From the NCBI GenBank assembly GCA_965202785.1, contig OZ241855.1:512001-576000 (forward strand): 64,000 nucleotides of DNA, in the 5' to 3' direction. The notes below the pieces were generated by a model that had not been told where the DNA came from, made no database searches, and was given only the letters and a program-made list of their open reading frames with translations. Positions 31,053 to 40,061 of this stretch are shown piece after piece. Source of the DNA: Thermodesulfobacteriota bacterium. GTDB lineage: Bacteria; Desulfobacterota_D; UBA1144; Nemesobacterales; Nemesobacteraceae. The position numbers and the translations under genes were made by a program. The first letter of the stretch is position 1, and each line of letters begins with the position of its first letter.

Positions 31053-33473
31053 TCATACCTCCAGTGCCGTAACTAGTTCCTGCATGTCAAAGTTCAGCAG
31101 AAACTGAGCATAAAATGTCCCAAACAAATCAGATATGTACTCTGGTATAGATTTCTGCTCATCTTCGCCTTGCTGTAAACTGTATTTACGGTTTTTTGTG
31201 ATGGTATAAAGAACCAGGGTGTGAAAATATACAGCCGAGACATAGCGCTTTTCGGCAATGTCGATGGCACTTTCTCCAGTAAGTTTTGATCGATGTGATA
31301 AAAGCACCTTGCTGTCCATATTGATATAAACAGTCTTTAGTGAATCTTCTTCTTCAAGAAGTTGCACGATAATATCATGGTTCATCTCAATACCATTCTG
31401 CTCTAATTTATCCCATGTTATTTTACCACGGTCTTGATCTCGGTAGACCATAACAAATTCTGGCAACCCTAGCCGAGTGTCTGGCTCTTCTCCTTTCTTT
31501 GGTTTCTTGGGAGTTTTTTCCGGTTCTGAAATTTTGACTAAGAAAATCTGCTCAAGTTTTCCTTCAGGACTTGATAACGACGCACGAACTGTAACCGCAT
31601 CACCAACTTTCACTTCATCTGTGGGATTTAATAAAACACGAATTGTTCCGTTGCGCGGGCTAGACTTGACAACATCAAATATAGTATCAAGAGCTTTGGG
31701 TTCGCCAGGGGAATCTCCACCTCCTGTATTGTTTGGAGAAAAGTTCATTAGTCCAATTTGGAGATCTCCTGGATCACTTATACGATCGAAATATTGATCC
31801 TCTACATCGGTTGAAAATCTGATTGTTTTTTTGCCACCAAGAGGGATTTGCACCATAGGAGGCCCTTCCTCGTCCCGCAGTTTCACATCAATATTAAAGT
31901 AGCTTGGATACCTATTAGGATTAAACGTATTCTTTTTATCCGATTCCTTATCCCGAGTTTTGCGTCCCTTGTCTCTTTTTTGACCTTCTCGTCGATCGTT
32001 CAACTTGAAGTTCTGGCTTAAGAGTTGGGCTAATTCATTGCGGATTGGGAAATTACGTGCGATGTTACGCATAAGATCCTCAGCATCATTGCCTTCGACA
32101 GTGATAGAGGCTTTCCGGTTTTTGTGAATATCTTTTAGGCGACTTCTTGACAAGATTTCAGCTAATCTGTGGCGAAGTTTTCTAGATTTATCACCTTCTT
32201 TTAGGCGGTCACGGGATGCCATAAACAATTCATTGCGGAATTCCATATTAATCTCAGTACAATCGACGTGAACTAGCAGATAGTTTTTCAAAAGAGGAAA
32301 TTTAAGAGACCTAGTAATAAACTCGGATGTGTAGTGCCCATGCACCTGCCCATTGATCGAAAATAGAATTGACATGTTATTCTTGAAGAATTCTCTGCGA
32401 AGAGTCTCTCGGGTTTCTTTTACCGATCGCTGATCCACACGTGGCTTAAACACATAACAAGTTACTCCGACCTGCCCAATTTCGTGATCGGTTATATTTT
32501 CTGAGAAAAAATCTTCTACGTACCGACTCTCTTCTTCAAGGCGCCGTTTCAATCCATAAAGCTCACGTTGAGGATTACGATCGTCTGGATAACGCTTTTC
32601 ATTGTCAATAGTAAATACAGGTAGGGCGGGTTGAAACAGGTATTCATTAATGCTTTGGTTTAGATCTCGTGAGATAACCGACCTAGACCCTGAAGGTAGG
32701 TCATAGGAGTAAAGCTTTATCACTGTTCCGGTAGTAAAACGACGATTATAAAGTCCAAGATCCAGGTCTTCGCAGGTAAAAGAAGGAATTTTGCCGTCTA
32801 TAATTAGATATTCGTACCAGGTGGACTTTTTTCTCCTCTCTTCTTCGGCAGTGAGCGGGTGCCGACGAACCAAGGTGAACCCGAATGCCTGACCATTATC
32901 ATACCGTTTGGAAGCAATAAGTTGATAACGTTGCTGACCACAGAATACAATTGCTCCAGTACCTCCCATGTTATATTTGCCTTGTACAAAGTGAATATCA
33001 TTTTTGTTCCCACGCAAAAGGGACAAAAACGAGGTCTCAAAATCCTCAGGTGCTTGGCCCTCGCCGTCGTCGTAGATTATGAGTGATGTCTCCATACGTG
33101 GCCCATCAGCGAGAATTTGTAGATTTTCCGCTTGCTTTAGGCGCTCCCTCCTTAAGTCCCAGTTCTTATGTTTAGGAAAAAATTGTTGTAAAGCTTCGTC
33201 AATTGATCTTGGCGCTTGGTCCGATTTAGGGTCGATTCCCTGCTCGTAGCATCTGCGCATCAAAATAGCATCAATGCCGTTGGTAATCTTCTCAATTAAT
33301 GCAGGAATCGGTGAAGCTTGCTGGTTTTCAATCACGCCGAAATTGCTCTCGTTTCTTCCATAGGGACGCCAGTTTGATGGATTTCGAATTAACTTGTACT
33401 TATCCAGTATATCTTCAACTCTTTCCTCGACTGGTGCGTTGTAAAGGTCAAAAAAAAGTCGCTTGATATCCAC
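31053..33473 (-). CDS. Uncharacterised GHKL-type (MORC/Hsp90/MutL-like) ATPase
   Basis: GHKL boxes ALIEKITNGIDA (N box), IIYDDGEGQ (G1), QGKYNMGGTG (G2), TTGTVIKL (G3), then a long unassigned C-terminal region. GTG 33473 follows a GGGAGAG SD. Confidence 0.75.
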   Translation of the reverse strand: MDIKRLFFDLYNAPVEERVEDILDKYKLIRNPSNWRPYGRNESNFGVIENQQASPIPALIEKITNGIDAILMRRCYEQGIDPKSDQAPRSIDEALQQFFPKHKNWDLRRERLKQAENLQILADGPRMETSLIIYDDGEGQAPEDFETSFLSLLRGNKNDIHFVQGKYNMGGTGAIVFCGQQRYQLIASKRYDNGQAFGFTLVRRHPLTAEEERRKKSTWYEYLIIDGKIPSFTCEDLDLGLYNRRFTTGTVIKLYSYDLPSGSRSVISRDLNQSINEYLFQPALPVFTIDNEKRYPDDRNPQRELYGLKRRLEEESRYVEDFFSENITDHEIGQVGVTCYVFKPRVDQRSVKETRETLRREFFKNNMSILFSINGQVHGHYTSEFITRSLKFPLLKNYLLVHVDCTEINMEFRNELFMASRDRLKEGDKSRKLRHRLAEILSRSRLKDIHKNRKASITVEGNDAEDLMRNIARNFPIRNELAQLLSQNFKLNDRREGQKRDKGRKTRDKESDKKNTFNPNRYPSYFNIDVKLRDEEGPPMVQIPLGGKKTIRFSTDVEDQYFDRISDPGDLQIGLMNFSPNNTGGGDSPGEPKALDTIFDVVKSSPRNGTIRVLLNPTDEVKVGDAVTVRASLSSPEGKLEQIFLVKISEPEKTPKKPKKGEEPDTRLGLPEFVMVYRDQDRGKITWDKLEQNGIEMNHDIIVQLLEEEDSLKTVYINMDSKVLLSHRSKLTGESAIDIAEKRYVSAVYFHTLVLYTITKNRKYSLQQGEDEQKSIPEYISDLFGTFYAQFLLNFDMQELVTALEV

Positions 33474-33704
33474 CTGAGACTCTCCCTTTATTATATAATC
33501 ATCTTCCAAGCAGTGAGCCCATCTACTACTATATATAGGGCGATTAATTTAACCGACCGACAATACCTGACCAAGAAGACTTGGTTTCGCTATAACTACG
33601 ATACACAACCTCATTTAGAAAGAACTAGATAAAACAACCCTAGGAAGTGTATTGAGTCATACTTAAAGATTTAGTTTATACTTTGAATGGGAAAAAATGG
33701 GGAA

Positions 33705-33718
33705 AGGCTTTTCAGCCT
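33705..33718 (-). terminator. Short hairpin just after the sspE stop
   Basis: Minus strand AGGCT-GAAA-AGCCT followed by TTCCCCATTTTTT. Confidence 0.3.
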
Positions 33719-33726
33719 AACTATAA

Positions 33727-36036
33727 TCATTTGTATGATAACCAAGGAGCAATTTCATCCCACACAAGCCCCAGGATATTATCAGCTCTACGCTTTATAA
33801 ATTGCTTGTCCCATTTTCTAACTTTGTTCAACGGAGAAAGCATATAAAGACTTTCGTTTCTTAATTTTTCAGAAATTGCTTTAAAAGACCCCCCATGCTT
33901 CCTTGCCTTAACTTTAGATAGTAGATTTTTTCTTTCGTCTTGTGTTTCAGCAGCTAGTGCAGCGTAAAACAGTTTTTTATTCGCCCATGAATTATTTCCT
34001 ATCATTGAATTTTCCCTTTGTGGGAGGAGGACAAGATTTCCGATTGTATCGCGGGTATAAGGATTTTGATAAATTTTTGGATCCCATCCATCACCACTGC
34101 CAGATATAGATTGAGGAGCAACGTGTTCAACTGTACCATATTGTTGACCACACCACTTTTCAAAACTAAGGAGATTGATTTCATCGGCGGGAATTATGCC
34201 TTCGCGGCTAATAAGGCCAGCTTTGTTTGGTCTAGCATTATGTGAAGCGGCAAAAAGTAGAAAACGACACAAAGGCCTCGAGCGCTTTGCTAAGTCCACT
34301 TCACGCGCTTGATTGATCCAAGTTTTCTTGTCTTTCACTTCAAGTCGAATTTCCAGATGTTCTCGTAAATTTGCCTTTAATTCTTCAACACTAGGGAGAG
34401 AATTAGTGTGATTTAAACCTACACAAAATGGTTTTTTCTTATCTTGGGAATCTGCATTAATAATTTTTCTAAAGTCACCATCAATTCCTCCAGTGCCTCC
34501 AGTTACCGATCTCCTTAAAACCAGAAAAGCTGTTACAGCTTTTACCGAATCAACAAAGGAATCGGTGTCGTTTTCTCGATATTCCACCCAGTATCTCGCC
34601 AAAATAGGTAGAGCCATACTAGTTTTCATATCCAATATGAATCTAAAGCAAAGCTTTAATATGTCATCTCTCTTAATATCTCCGGTACTGAGGTTAGGTA
34701 TGCTTTCTATGTTCCAATGCCTATACCGGAACTCTGCTATTTCTGCTAACGATTCTACGATTTTGCGTTTGGTTTGTTTTTGCTTACTTTTATCAAATGC
34801 ATTTCGCAAATATGCGCGCTGAGAAGCAAGATCACGCGAAAGTTTGTAGCCATCTAGATACAATGCAAATGTAATAAGTAGATCTTTCGTAGCATTCTGT
34901 CGCTTTTCTGTTTCCTTGTATACAGCATTTAAATATTTTTCAATCCTATCGAAATATTGTTCAGATTCAGAATTATGATAACGGGCAATTTTGTCTTCAA
35001 AGCTAATTACGCGCGGTTTAAAGGTTTCAAGAGCAGTAAGTGGTTCACCTGTTGTATTAAGTGCATCAAAAATATCAAAGGCGGAATCCTCGTCCTTTGT
35101 CTCAACCCGCGTAAGGATAACGCACCTCATCAAGTAATGAGAAAATAGCAAAAGCCTGATTAGACCACTAGAAGCAGAATTTTGGGAAATATGGCTAATT
35201 GCACGATTTTGGTCTTCTTCTTCTCCAAGCACTGTAAGCTTTTCAAATAGATTACGTAACCCCGCTCTTTCAAAACTTTCATGTTGAACTTGCTCATATT
35301 CTAGTTCTTCTTTTGTAGTTTCACTTGGTGTTTTTTTGTCTTCATATATTCTGCTGACTTGCTCCTTTATGTATTTATAATTTTGAAAATAAAGCCTTTC
35401 CTCCGTATCACTTTCCTTTTTTGGCTTGGGGTCAAAAGAAGCCATTCCTCCTTTATAAAAATTGGCGAAATTCATGAGGAAGTTTGCCGTTATAGAAAAG
35501 TATTCTGCCTCTTTTGGGGTAGGAGCTCGGTTGTCTTCTCCGCGAACTATGCGTGGAAATAGCGATGTTGTAACGCGTCCAGGGAGTTGGCCAATTACAC
35601 ATGAAAATAATGTTTCACAGACATGATTAACTTCCTTTTCTATCCACATGGATACTTCTGGTTTGAGATGGCTCCTGTCTTCGCAGTGAAGAAGCAGTTC
35701 TTGAATCAAGCTACAACAAATGAGTATAAGAGTTGTTAACCTTTGTTGTCCATCAACAATAGAAAGTGATGTTCCATCAAATGAATTCTCAGATTGCTCG
35801 GAGACGAGGATCATAGTTGCTAAGAAAGTGTATTTATATTCATCTTTGTTTTTGGATTCAGAAAGATAATAAAATCCGTTCAGGCAATCTTCTAAAAGCC
35901 TTTTAATCTTTTCTTGACTCCAATTGTATGTACGCTGATATTCGGGCACGCGAAAACCTACTCTTGCGCTGTGGCTGTTCATAGTTTCCCAAAAATTATC
36001 AGTTTTTGCCGGAAAAAGTTCTCTTATTGGTCGCAT
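33727..36036 (-). CDS. sspE: SspE-like effector: DUF262 (DGQQR) NTPase plus DUF1524 HNH nuclease
   Basis: VPEYQRTYNW, IVDGQQRLTTL, FDIFDALNTTGEPLT, C-terminal VEHVAPQS...IGNLVLLPQRENSMIGN; 769 aa, next to sspABCD. Confidence 0.85.
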   Translation of the reverse strand: MRPIRELFPAKTDNFWETMNSHSARVGFRVPEYQRTYNWSQEKIKRLLEDCLNGFYYLSESKNKDEYKYTFLATMILVSEQSENSFDGTSLSIVDGQQRLTTLILICCSLIQELLLHCEDRSHLKPEVSMWIEKEVNHVCETLFSCVIGQLPGRVTTSLFPRIVRGEDNRAPTPKEAEYFSITANFLMNFANFYKGGMASFDPKPKKESDTEERLYFQNYKYIKEQVSRIYEDKKTPSETTKEELEYEQVQHESFERAGLRNLFEKLTVLGEEEDQNRAISHISQNSASSGLIRLLLFSHYLMRCVILTRVETKDEDSAFDIFDALNTTGEPLTALETFKPRVISFEDKIARYHNSESEQYFDRIEKYLNAVYKETEKRQNATKDLLITFALYLDGYKLSRDLASQRAYLRNAFDKSKQKQTKRKIVESLAEIAEFRYRHWNIESIPNLSTGDIKRDDILKLCFRFILDMKTSMALPILARYWVEYRENDTDSFVDSVKAVTAFLVLRRSVTGGTGGIDGDFRKIINADSQDKKKPFCVGLNHTNSLPSVEELKANLREHLEIRLEVKDKKTWINQAREVDLAKRSRPLCRFLLFAASHNARPNKAGLISREGIIPADEINLLSFEKWCGQQYGTVEHVAPQSISGSGDGWDPKIYQNPYTRDTIGNLVLLPQRENSMIGNNSWANKKLFYAALAAETQDERKNLLSKVKARKHGGSFKAISEKLRNESLYMLSPLNKVRKWDKQFIKRRADNILGLVWDEIAPWLSYK

Positions 36037-36264
36037 TAATTAACTTCCTTCTAATGTTGATTTTTGTTCCTTGAAAACTTCCAGAGAAGTTTTCACTGGT
36101 TTGCTATGTACGACTCTCATGGCTGTTAATAAGATGCAGGATATCGAGCACCTGATCATCAGTATCTTTCACGTTATATTTGGTTTTATCTCGTTCTTCA
36201 ATATTCATCGGTAAAAATATCTTTCCGTATCATATACATGATTAGAAAAAAGTTTAAAAAAACT

Positions 36265-37809
36265 TTATGCATTCTCTTCAGCAAAACCAATCTGAAAGCC
36301 TTTCCCTTCTTCCCCCCGCGCAACCGTCTCGTAATCGCACCCAATAGCCTTAGCAAGAGCCCCCAGGCGGCGACCGACGGTTTCCGGGTGAGGAATCTGG
36401 TCAGGCATATGCAAGGTAAGCTTCTCTCTGGTCCTCTCAAGCCTGGTGCTCTCAAGAATCCGCGTCACTCCCCCGGAAACTGTGTAGGCAAGGCGAAGTG
36501 CAAGTCCCGTGACCCTGGCTTCCTCAATATCGTCTCCGGAAAGAAAATCTGAAACTTCCCAGCGTCGGACCAGGTTTCCAATCGCCGCGTGCCTTGAGGC
36601 GACCGAAAAAGCCACCCTTACCCTTTCAGGGTGCGTAATTCCCACAAAGGGCATCCGCAGTATCCTCAAAAACACCTGCTCCGCCCGGTACTCGGGATGC
36701 TCGGAAATTCCTATGTCCGAGAGATGACATGCGACAAGCCTGAGTCTTGAGTCTCCAACATATTCATCTGGAATCGCCGCCTCCATCCATCTGCAGAAAG
36801 TCTTGCCGTCCTCAACGGATCTTCCCATCTTAAGTGCGATCTCCTCGCACATGACAACCAGAGGGTCGAGAGAACGCTGCTCCGGGGAAAGATCGTCGTA
36901 TATGCATCCCTCCCGAAGCCCGTACGTGCAGAACGTAAGGTTGTCAACGTCCGTTTTTTTCAGAAGACTCTTCATAAGCGCGGCGGCGTAAGGAGCGGAC
37001 TCCACCCTGTTTCGCCCCAGGATCCAGAGATCCTGAAGCGAACCCGAAGACATCTCGGATATCTCCCGGGCCATCTCAACCGCCCTGAATCTGGAAAGAC
37101 TGTAGCCGTGGACTATGCGAAGCGGGTAATCCTCAGACTCCATGTGTTTTTTAGCAAGAGCTCTCCACGAACCCCCGACGGCGTAGAAGGTCTTCTTTTT
37201 CGCGTTCTCAAGCCAGGGAAGTTCGTCAAGCAGGGGAGCGATCAGTCTCTTGCGGGCCTTCGCGGGACTTAGACCGCTTTCAAGAAGCGGTATCGTGCCA
37301 AGCGGCAACGTGGCGTGGTTCCCTATTTCCCCCTCGCAAACCTCTATCAGCTCAAGGCTTCCGCCGCCTATGTCTCCCACTATGCCGTCAGCTTCAGGGA
37401 TAGCGCACAGGGTTCCGAGCGCGGAAAGCGTTGCCTCCTCCATGCCGGAGAGCACCCGAAGCGAAATCCCGCATTGCTGCTCAACCGCCTCTTTGAAGTC
37501 GGGACCGTTTACGGCGTTTCTTACCGCAGCGGTGGCAACTGCCTTTATTCCGGAAACCCTCATTGAGCGCGCGATATCGACAAAGCGGCTTACGGTCCGC
37601 AGGGCGAGATCCATGCTCTTGGGCGACATCATGCCCCGAGAGTCCATTCCACGCCCCAGGCCGCAGGCGACTTTCTCATCAAGTATCGGAAGCGGGGCAC
37701 GCCTCGGACCCTTGTAAATCACAAGACGGATGGAGTTCGACCCTACGTCTATTACGGCCGCAGTTCCGATCTTGCCGAAGGGCGCGTCGGAGGAAGAAAT
37801 TTCTGTCAT
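36265..37809 (-). CDS. ppx: Exopolyphosphatase Ppx/GppA
   Basis: VIDVGSNSIRLV, ATAAVRNAVNG, DIGGGSLEL, GLREG; downstream of ppk1. Confidence 0.93.
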   Translation of the reverse strand: MTEISSSDAPFGKIGTAAVIDVGSNSIRLVIYKGPRRAPLPILDEKVACGLGRGMDSRGMMSPKSMDLALRTVSRFVDIARSMRVSGIKAVATAAVRNAVNGPDFKEAVEQQCGISLRVLSGMEEATLSALGTLCAIPEADGIVGDIGGGSLELIEVCEGEIGNHATLPLGTIPLLESGLSPAKARKRLIAPLLDELPWLENAKKKTFYAVGGSWRALAKKHMESEDYPLRIVHGYSLSRFRAVEMAREISEMSSGSLQDLWILGRNRVESAPYAAALMKSLLKKTDVDNLTFCTYGLREGCIYDDLSPEQRSLDPLVVMCEEIALKMGRSVEDGKTFCRWMEAAIPDEYVGDSRLRLVACHLSDIGISEHPEYRAEQVFLRILRMPFVGITHPERVRVAFSVASRHAAIGNLVRRWEVSDFLSGDDIEEARVTGLALRLAYTVSGGVTRILESTRLERTREKLTLHMPDQIPHPETVGRRLGALAKAIGCDYETVARGEEGKGFQIGFAEENA

Positions 37810-37813
37810 AGAT

Positions 37814-39979
37814 TTATTCCTGCACAAACTCAGCCGGCATTAGCGGCCGGGATTTGGCAAGCGCCTTGCCTCTTCCTGAAAGACTGGGGTTGGTCATGAA
37901 GTACTTGTGAGCCGAGAATCTGTCCGTATCGCTTTTAAGCTTTTGGAAAGAGCCGTCCGGCTGCATCTCCCAGCTGCTCTCAACGTCGTTTAAGTTAGCC
38001 ACCATCACCTGCTCGACAAGCTGTTTTTTCACAGTGGCGTTTTCGATCGGAACAAGCGACTCCACCCTGCGGTCAAGATTTCGGGGCATCCAGTCGGCAG
38101 ACGAGATGAAAACCTTGCAGGCATTGGAGGGAAGCCCCTCCCCGGCACCGAAGCAGATGACCCTGCTGTGCTCAAGGAAACGTCCCACGATGCTCTTTAC
38201 CCTGATGTTCTCAGAAAGCCCCGGCACTCCGGGCCTCAGGCAGCATATTCCCCGAACGAAAAGCTCGATCCGCACCCCCGCGCAGCTTGCCGCGTAAAGC
38301 GCGTCTATTATCTTGCTGTCCACAAGGGAATTCATCTTGGCCCATATGACCGCGGGGCGTCCGGCCTTCGCATGATTAACCTCGTCCCTTATGAGCTCAA
38401 GCACCTTCGGGCGCATCGTGACGGGAGAGAAGAATATCCTCTCCATCTTCTTCGGAGTGGCGTAGCCGGTCATGTAGTTAAAAAGCTTGGCGGCGTCGCG
38501 TCCCAGCGCCTCGTCGGCGGTGAAGTAGCTGAGATCCGTGTATATCTTTGCGTTTACCGGGTGATAGTTGCCGGTTCCGAAGTGGGCGTAGGTGCGGATG
38601 TCGGAACCTTCCCTCCTTACCACAAGAGACACCTTGGCGTGGGTTTTAAGATCGATGAATCCGAACACGACCTGAACTCCCGCGTCCTCAAGGTCGTGCG
38701 CCCAGCGGATGTTGGCCTCCTCATCGAAACGGGCCTTAAGCTCCACCATGGCAGTTACGGATTTCCCGGCTTCGGCGGCCTCTATGAGCCTTTTCACTAT
38801 CGGAGAGTCTTCCGAGGTGCGGTAAAGCGTCTGCTTGATCGCGACGACCGCCGGATCGGCGGCGGCCTGCTTCAGGAACTCAACGACGACATCGAAACTC
38901 TCGTAGGGGTGGTGAACGACGAAGTCTTTCTGCTGTATGGCGGCGATCACGTCACCTCCGAACTCCCTCACCCTCTCGGGGTAGCGGATGTTCATGCGCT
39001 TGTAAAGAAGGTCGCTTCGCTCATCGAGTATTACCTGTTTCACGCTCTCAAGCCCGAGCATCCCCTTGATCCTGAAGAAATGCGCGTTGCGGGCCTCAAG
39101 CTTCTCCATTATGAAATCAACGATCGTATCCGGCATGTCCGCGTTTACGTCAACCCTGATCACAGACCCTCCCCTTCGAATGGACTTAAGTGCCGTTTCG
39201 AACGTCTCGACCAGGTCTTCCGCGTCCTCGTCTATCTCCAGAAGGCTGTCGCGGGTGACTTCGAAGATTCCGCTGTCCTCCACCTCAAAACCCGGAAAAA
39301 GGGATTTCATGTTGTGCTCGATAACCTTCTCGATCGGGACAAGCTGGATTTTCTTTTCTCCCGGAACCCTTATGAAGCGCTCCACCTGGGAAGGCAACAG
39401 TATGAGACCCTTCATGCGCTTTCCGTCCTCGGCGCGGCTTAGCTGCACGGCGCACACAAGGCTTCCGCTCTGTATGAAGGGAAACGGATGCGCCGGGTCT
39501 ATGGCAAGCGGGGTAAGCACCGGAAAAAGCTTTTTCGAGAACCACTCGGAAAGCCACCTGGCGCCCGAGCGGTCGAGTTTCTCGGGAGTCACAATCTTGA
39601 TCCCCGCCTTCTTGCAGAGAGAAAACAGTTCCTTTTCGCACTCGTACTGGTTGTCAAGCAGAAAGCGGACCTTCTCCCCTATGGCTTCTAGTTGCTGAGA
39701 AGGCGTAAGGCCGTCTTTGCTGCGGTCGGTAACTCCTTCCATAACCTGTCCCGCGAGACCCGCCACCCTGACCATGTAGAACTCGTCAAGGTTGCTCGCA
39801 GAGATCGAGAGAAAGCGCACCCTCTCAAGCAGCGGAACCTTTTTGTTTGCCGCCGTCTCAAGAACCCGCAGGTTAAAGTCAAGCCAGGAAAGCTCCCTGT
39901 TAAGATACTTCTCCTTCCTGGAAAAACCGGCAGGACCCCTCTTGCTGGCGATGTCCGTTATAGAAGAAGCCATCTGCAA
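37814..39979 (-). CDS. ppk1: Polyphosphate kinase 1
   Basis: NRELSWLDFN, SNLDEFYMVRV, DPAHPFPF, HHPYESF, KTHAK, GTGNY, GRFLEHSR, SADWMPRNLDRRVE. Confidence 0.97.
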   Translation of the reverse strand: MQMASSITDIASKRGPAGFSRKEKYLNRELSWLDFNLRVLETAANKKVPLLERVRFLSISASNLDEFYMVRVAGLAGQVMEGVTDRSKDGLTPSQQLEAIGEKVRFLLDNQYECEKELFSLCKKAGIKIVTPEKLDRSGARWLSEWFSKKLFPVLTPLAIDPAHPFPFIQSGSLVCAVQLSRAEDGKRMKGLILLPSQVERFIRVPGEKKIQLVPIEKVIEHNMKSLFPGFEVEDSGIFEVTRDSLLEIDEDAEDLVETFETALKSIRRGGSVIRVDVNADMPDTIVDFIMEKLEARNAHFFRIKGMLGLESVKQVILDERSDLLYKRMNIRYPERVREFGGDVIAAIQQKDFVVHHPYESFDVVVEFLKQAAADPAVVAIKQTLYRTSEDSPIVKRLIEAAEAGKSVTAMVELKARFDEEANIRWAHDLEDAGVQVVFGFIDLKTHAKVSLVVRREGSDIRTYAHFGTGNYHPVNAKIYTDLSYFTADEALGRDAAKLFNYMTGYATPKKMERIFFSPVTMRPKVLELIRDEVNHAKAGRPAVIWAKMNSLVDSKIIDALYAASCAGVRIELFVRGICCLRPGVPGLSENIRVKSIVGRFLEHSRVICFGAGEGLPSNACKVFISSADWMPRNLDRRVESLVPIENATVKKQLVEQVMVANLNDVESSWEMQPDGSFQKLKSDTDRFSAHKYFMTNPSLSGRGKALAKSRPLMPAEFVQE

Positions 39980-40061
39980 CCTCCCGAGGTAATAACATGC
40001 TGCGTCCTAACACCCACAATCCGTGAGTTTACATAATTACCAGGCGTGTGAAAAGCCGGAC

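Larger units (their letters stand above)
24380..36230. mobile_element. AT-rich defence island (boundaries approximate; no mobility gene seen)
   Basis: Abrupt visible shift to AT-rich sequence and A/T-ending codons between the CoA-ligase stop and the ppx stop; content is defence-type genes only. Confidence 0.7.

Noticed and set aside
24431-36036. Alternative calls: BREX type 4, Dnd, or stand-alone GmrSD
   Set aside because: No pglZ or brxL and no dndB/D/E are visible. The DUF4007 + ATPase + PAPS reductase + desulfurase + DUF262/HNH set fits Ssp best.
36104-36208. 34-codon minus-strand ORF (MNIEERDKTKY...) upstream of sspE
   Set aside because: Too short, with no clear SD or motif; cannot be supported as a gene.
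38168-39442. 424-aa ORF on the + strand
   Set aside because: Antisense shadow of ppk1 with no recognisable motifs; long antisense frames recur opposite many core genes here because of codon bias.
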